Made by a program: the position numbers and the translations under genes. Under the pieces are notes generated by a model. The model was not told where the DNA came from. It searched no databases and saw nothing but the letters and a program-made list of their open reading frames with translations. From a virus (lineage: Duplodnaviria; Caudoviricetes): 33,867 nt of DNA. Below are positions 33,021-33,867 of the stretch, one piece after another; positions within the stretch are counted from its first letter, which is position 1, and every line of letters starts with the position of its first letter. The DNA lies in IMG/VR virus record IMGVR_UViG_3300020045_002515, positions 1 to 33,867 of that record; one strand, written 5' to 3'.

Positions 33021-33528
33021 TAAAGTGAGCAGAAGCGAAATTACCCGGCCACAAGAAATAGAAAGTAGATTACTTAAAGCTACAAAAGGCAATTGGATGG
33101 TATGCCTGGGAAGCGGGATCCAGTTATGCAGCGGGATAAAAGCAGAGGATCCAAAAACTGGCGAAACTATATTTATAGCTGATTTTTTATCTGATGCAAT
33201 ATTAGCAGCTGAAGAAGGTAATTATGACCATAGGGACAATATGAATTTTGTGGCTCATGCACCATCTGATATTAAATATCTATTGGCTGAACTTAATAGA
33301 GTACAAGAAACCTTTACCGATAAAGAATGTTTTGTCTGGGAAACACCTACATCATGGGCCTATGCAGCTGCTTGCAAAGCATTACATAAACATACTGATA
33401 ATGAAAAAAGGCTGCGGGATGTTGTTGGATTACTAAGTAGTATGATTTATTGTGGCGATAAACATAGCAAGCAATCTGAAAAACTTGTTAGACTAGCGCT
33501 TGGCCAGGGTGATCCAGATGAAAGCTAA
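33013..33528 (+). CDS. Phage accessory protein with Ead/Ea22-like motif
   Basis: KATKGNW...DNMNFVAHAPSDIKYLLAEL motif. Confidence 0.6.
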   Translation: MNNKVSRSEITRPQEIESRLLKATKGNWMVCLGSGIQLCSGIKAEDPKTGETIFIADFLSDAILAAEEGNYDHRDNMNFVAHAPSDIKYLLAELNRVQETFTDKECFVWETPTSWAYAAACKALHKHTDNEKRLRDVVGLLSSMIYCGDKHSKQSEKLVRLALGQGDPDES

Positions 33529-33867
33529 ACATCGTACACTTGAAGAATTACAAGCTGCCGGCCTTAAGATCCGGAACCATATGAAAGAGGATGAAACAAT
33601 CGACTGGTGCAAGATCGGTATATGCTGCGGGGAAATGGTGGCGATCGCAGATAAGTATCAATCAAGGGGATGGAAGGACTGGGCAGGGGCCCTTCGGACT
33701 GCAGCAACTAAGTGCGAAAGGGTAGTGGCCGAACGACTGGCCATGATGACACCGGCAGCGATCCGGGCCGTAAAGAACCGGAAGGATTGCGCTAAGATGG
33801 TTATTTCCATCGACTACATAAAGCGGGTAACACCGGAAGCTAAAGAAGAAGATATGATCCAGGTTAC
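33518..33867 (+). CDS. Hypothetical protein, truncated by the window end
   Basis: Open frame MKAKHRTLEELQAAGLKIRNHMKEDETIDW... runs to the end of the window; overlaps the upstream stop. Confidence 0.7.
   Translation, partial: MKAKHRTLEELQAAGLKIRNHMKEDETIDWCKIGICCGEMVAIADKYQSRGWKDWAGALRTAATKCERVVAERLAMMTPAAIRAVKNRKDCAKMVISIDYIKRVTPEAKEEDMIQV

Larger units (their letters stand above)
1..33867 (+). mobile_element. Tailed bacteriophage genome segment (podovirus-like tail; Bacillota, probably Negativicutes host)
   Basis: Continuous co-oriented tail, ejection, lysis, recombination and replication genes. No host housekeeping genes, integrase or att site seen. Strong Bacillota-type SD sequences (AGGGGG/GGAGG). 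Confidence 0.97.

Noticed and set aside
1-33867. CRISPR array, tRNA/rRNA genes, integrase or IS elements
   Set aside because: No regularly spaced repeats, cloverleaf-like sequences or recombinase/transposase motifs were noticed, and intergenic space is minimal.

Overview
The whole window is a single-strand-coded (+) segment of a tailed phage genome with podovirus-type (T7/P22-like) tail architecture. The host is a Bacillota member, most likely a diderm Negativicute (Sporomusaceae-like; inferred from SSB sequence, AbrB homologue, a sigmaH-type promoter and a lysis protein with an outer-membrane-type C-terminus). Gene order: end of a small HeH/Rho-N protein and terminator; tail adaptor, nozzle, GNAT-like protein and three ejection (internal virion) proteins, the last a 3608-aa polyvalent protein; tail fibre with a C-terminal SGNH esterase; lysis cassette; a control region with no integrase or repressor; recombination operon; replication operon (initiator, DnaC-like loader, SSB, HNH); accessory genes (frameshifted PAPS-reductase-like gene, AbrB-like regulator, MazG-like/dATP-dGTP diphosphohydrolase fusion, stand-alone NrdD glycyl-radical-domain protein). 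The most notable features are: (1) a cassette of cargo domains in the giant ejection protein (two or three ADP-ribosyltransferase-like domains, M15 peptidase, lytic transglycosylase, ParB-like domain), separated by recurring aromatic-Gln motifs and followed by an HExxH metallopeptidase, suggesting an injected self-processing polyprotein; (2) a candidate 'spare part' for class III ribonucleotide reductase; (3) a candidate new spanin architecture; (4) a sigmaH/AbrB link to transition-state control; (5) an unannotated membrane micro-peptide whose promoter lies within the late terminator. All domain calls come from motif recognition by eye, not from database searches.
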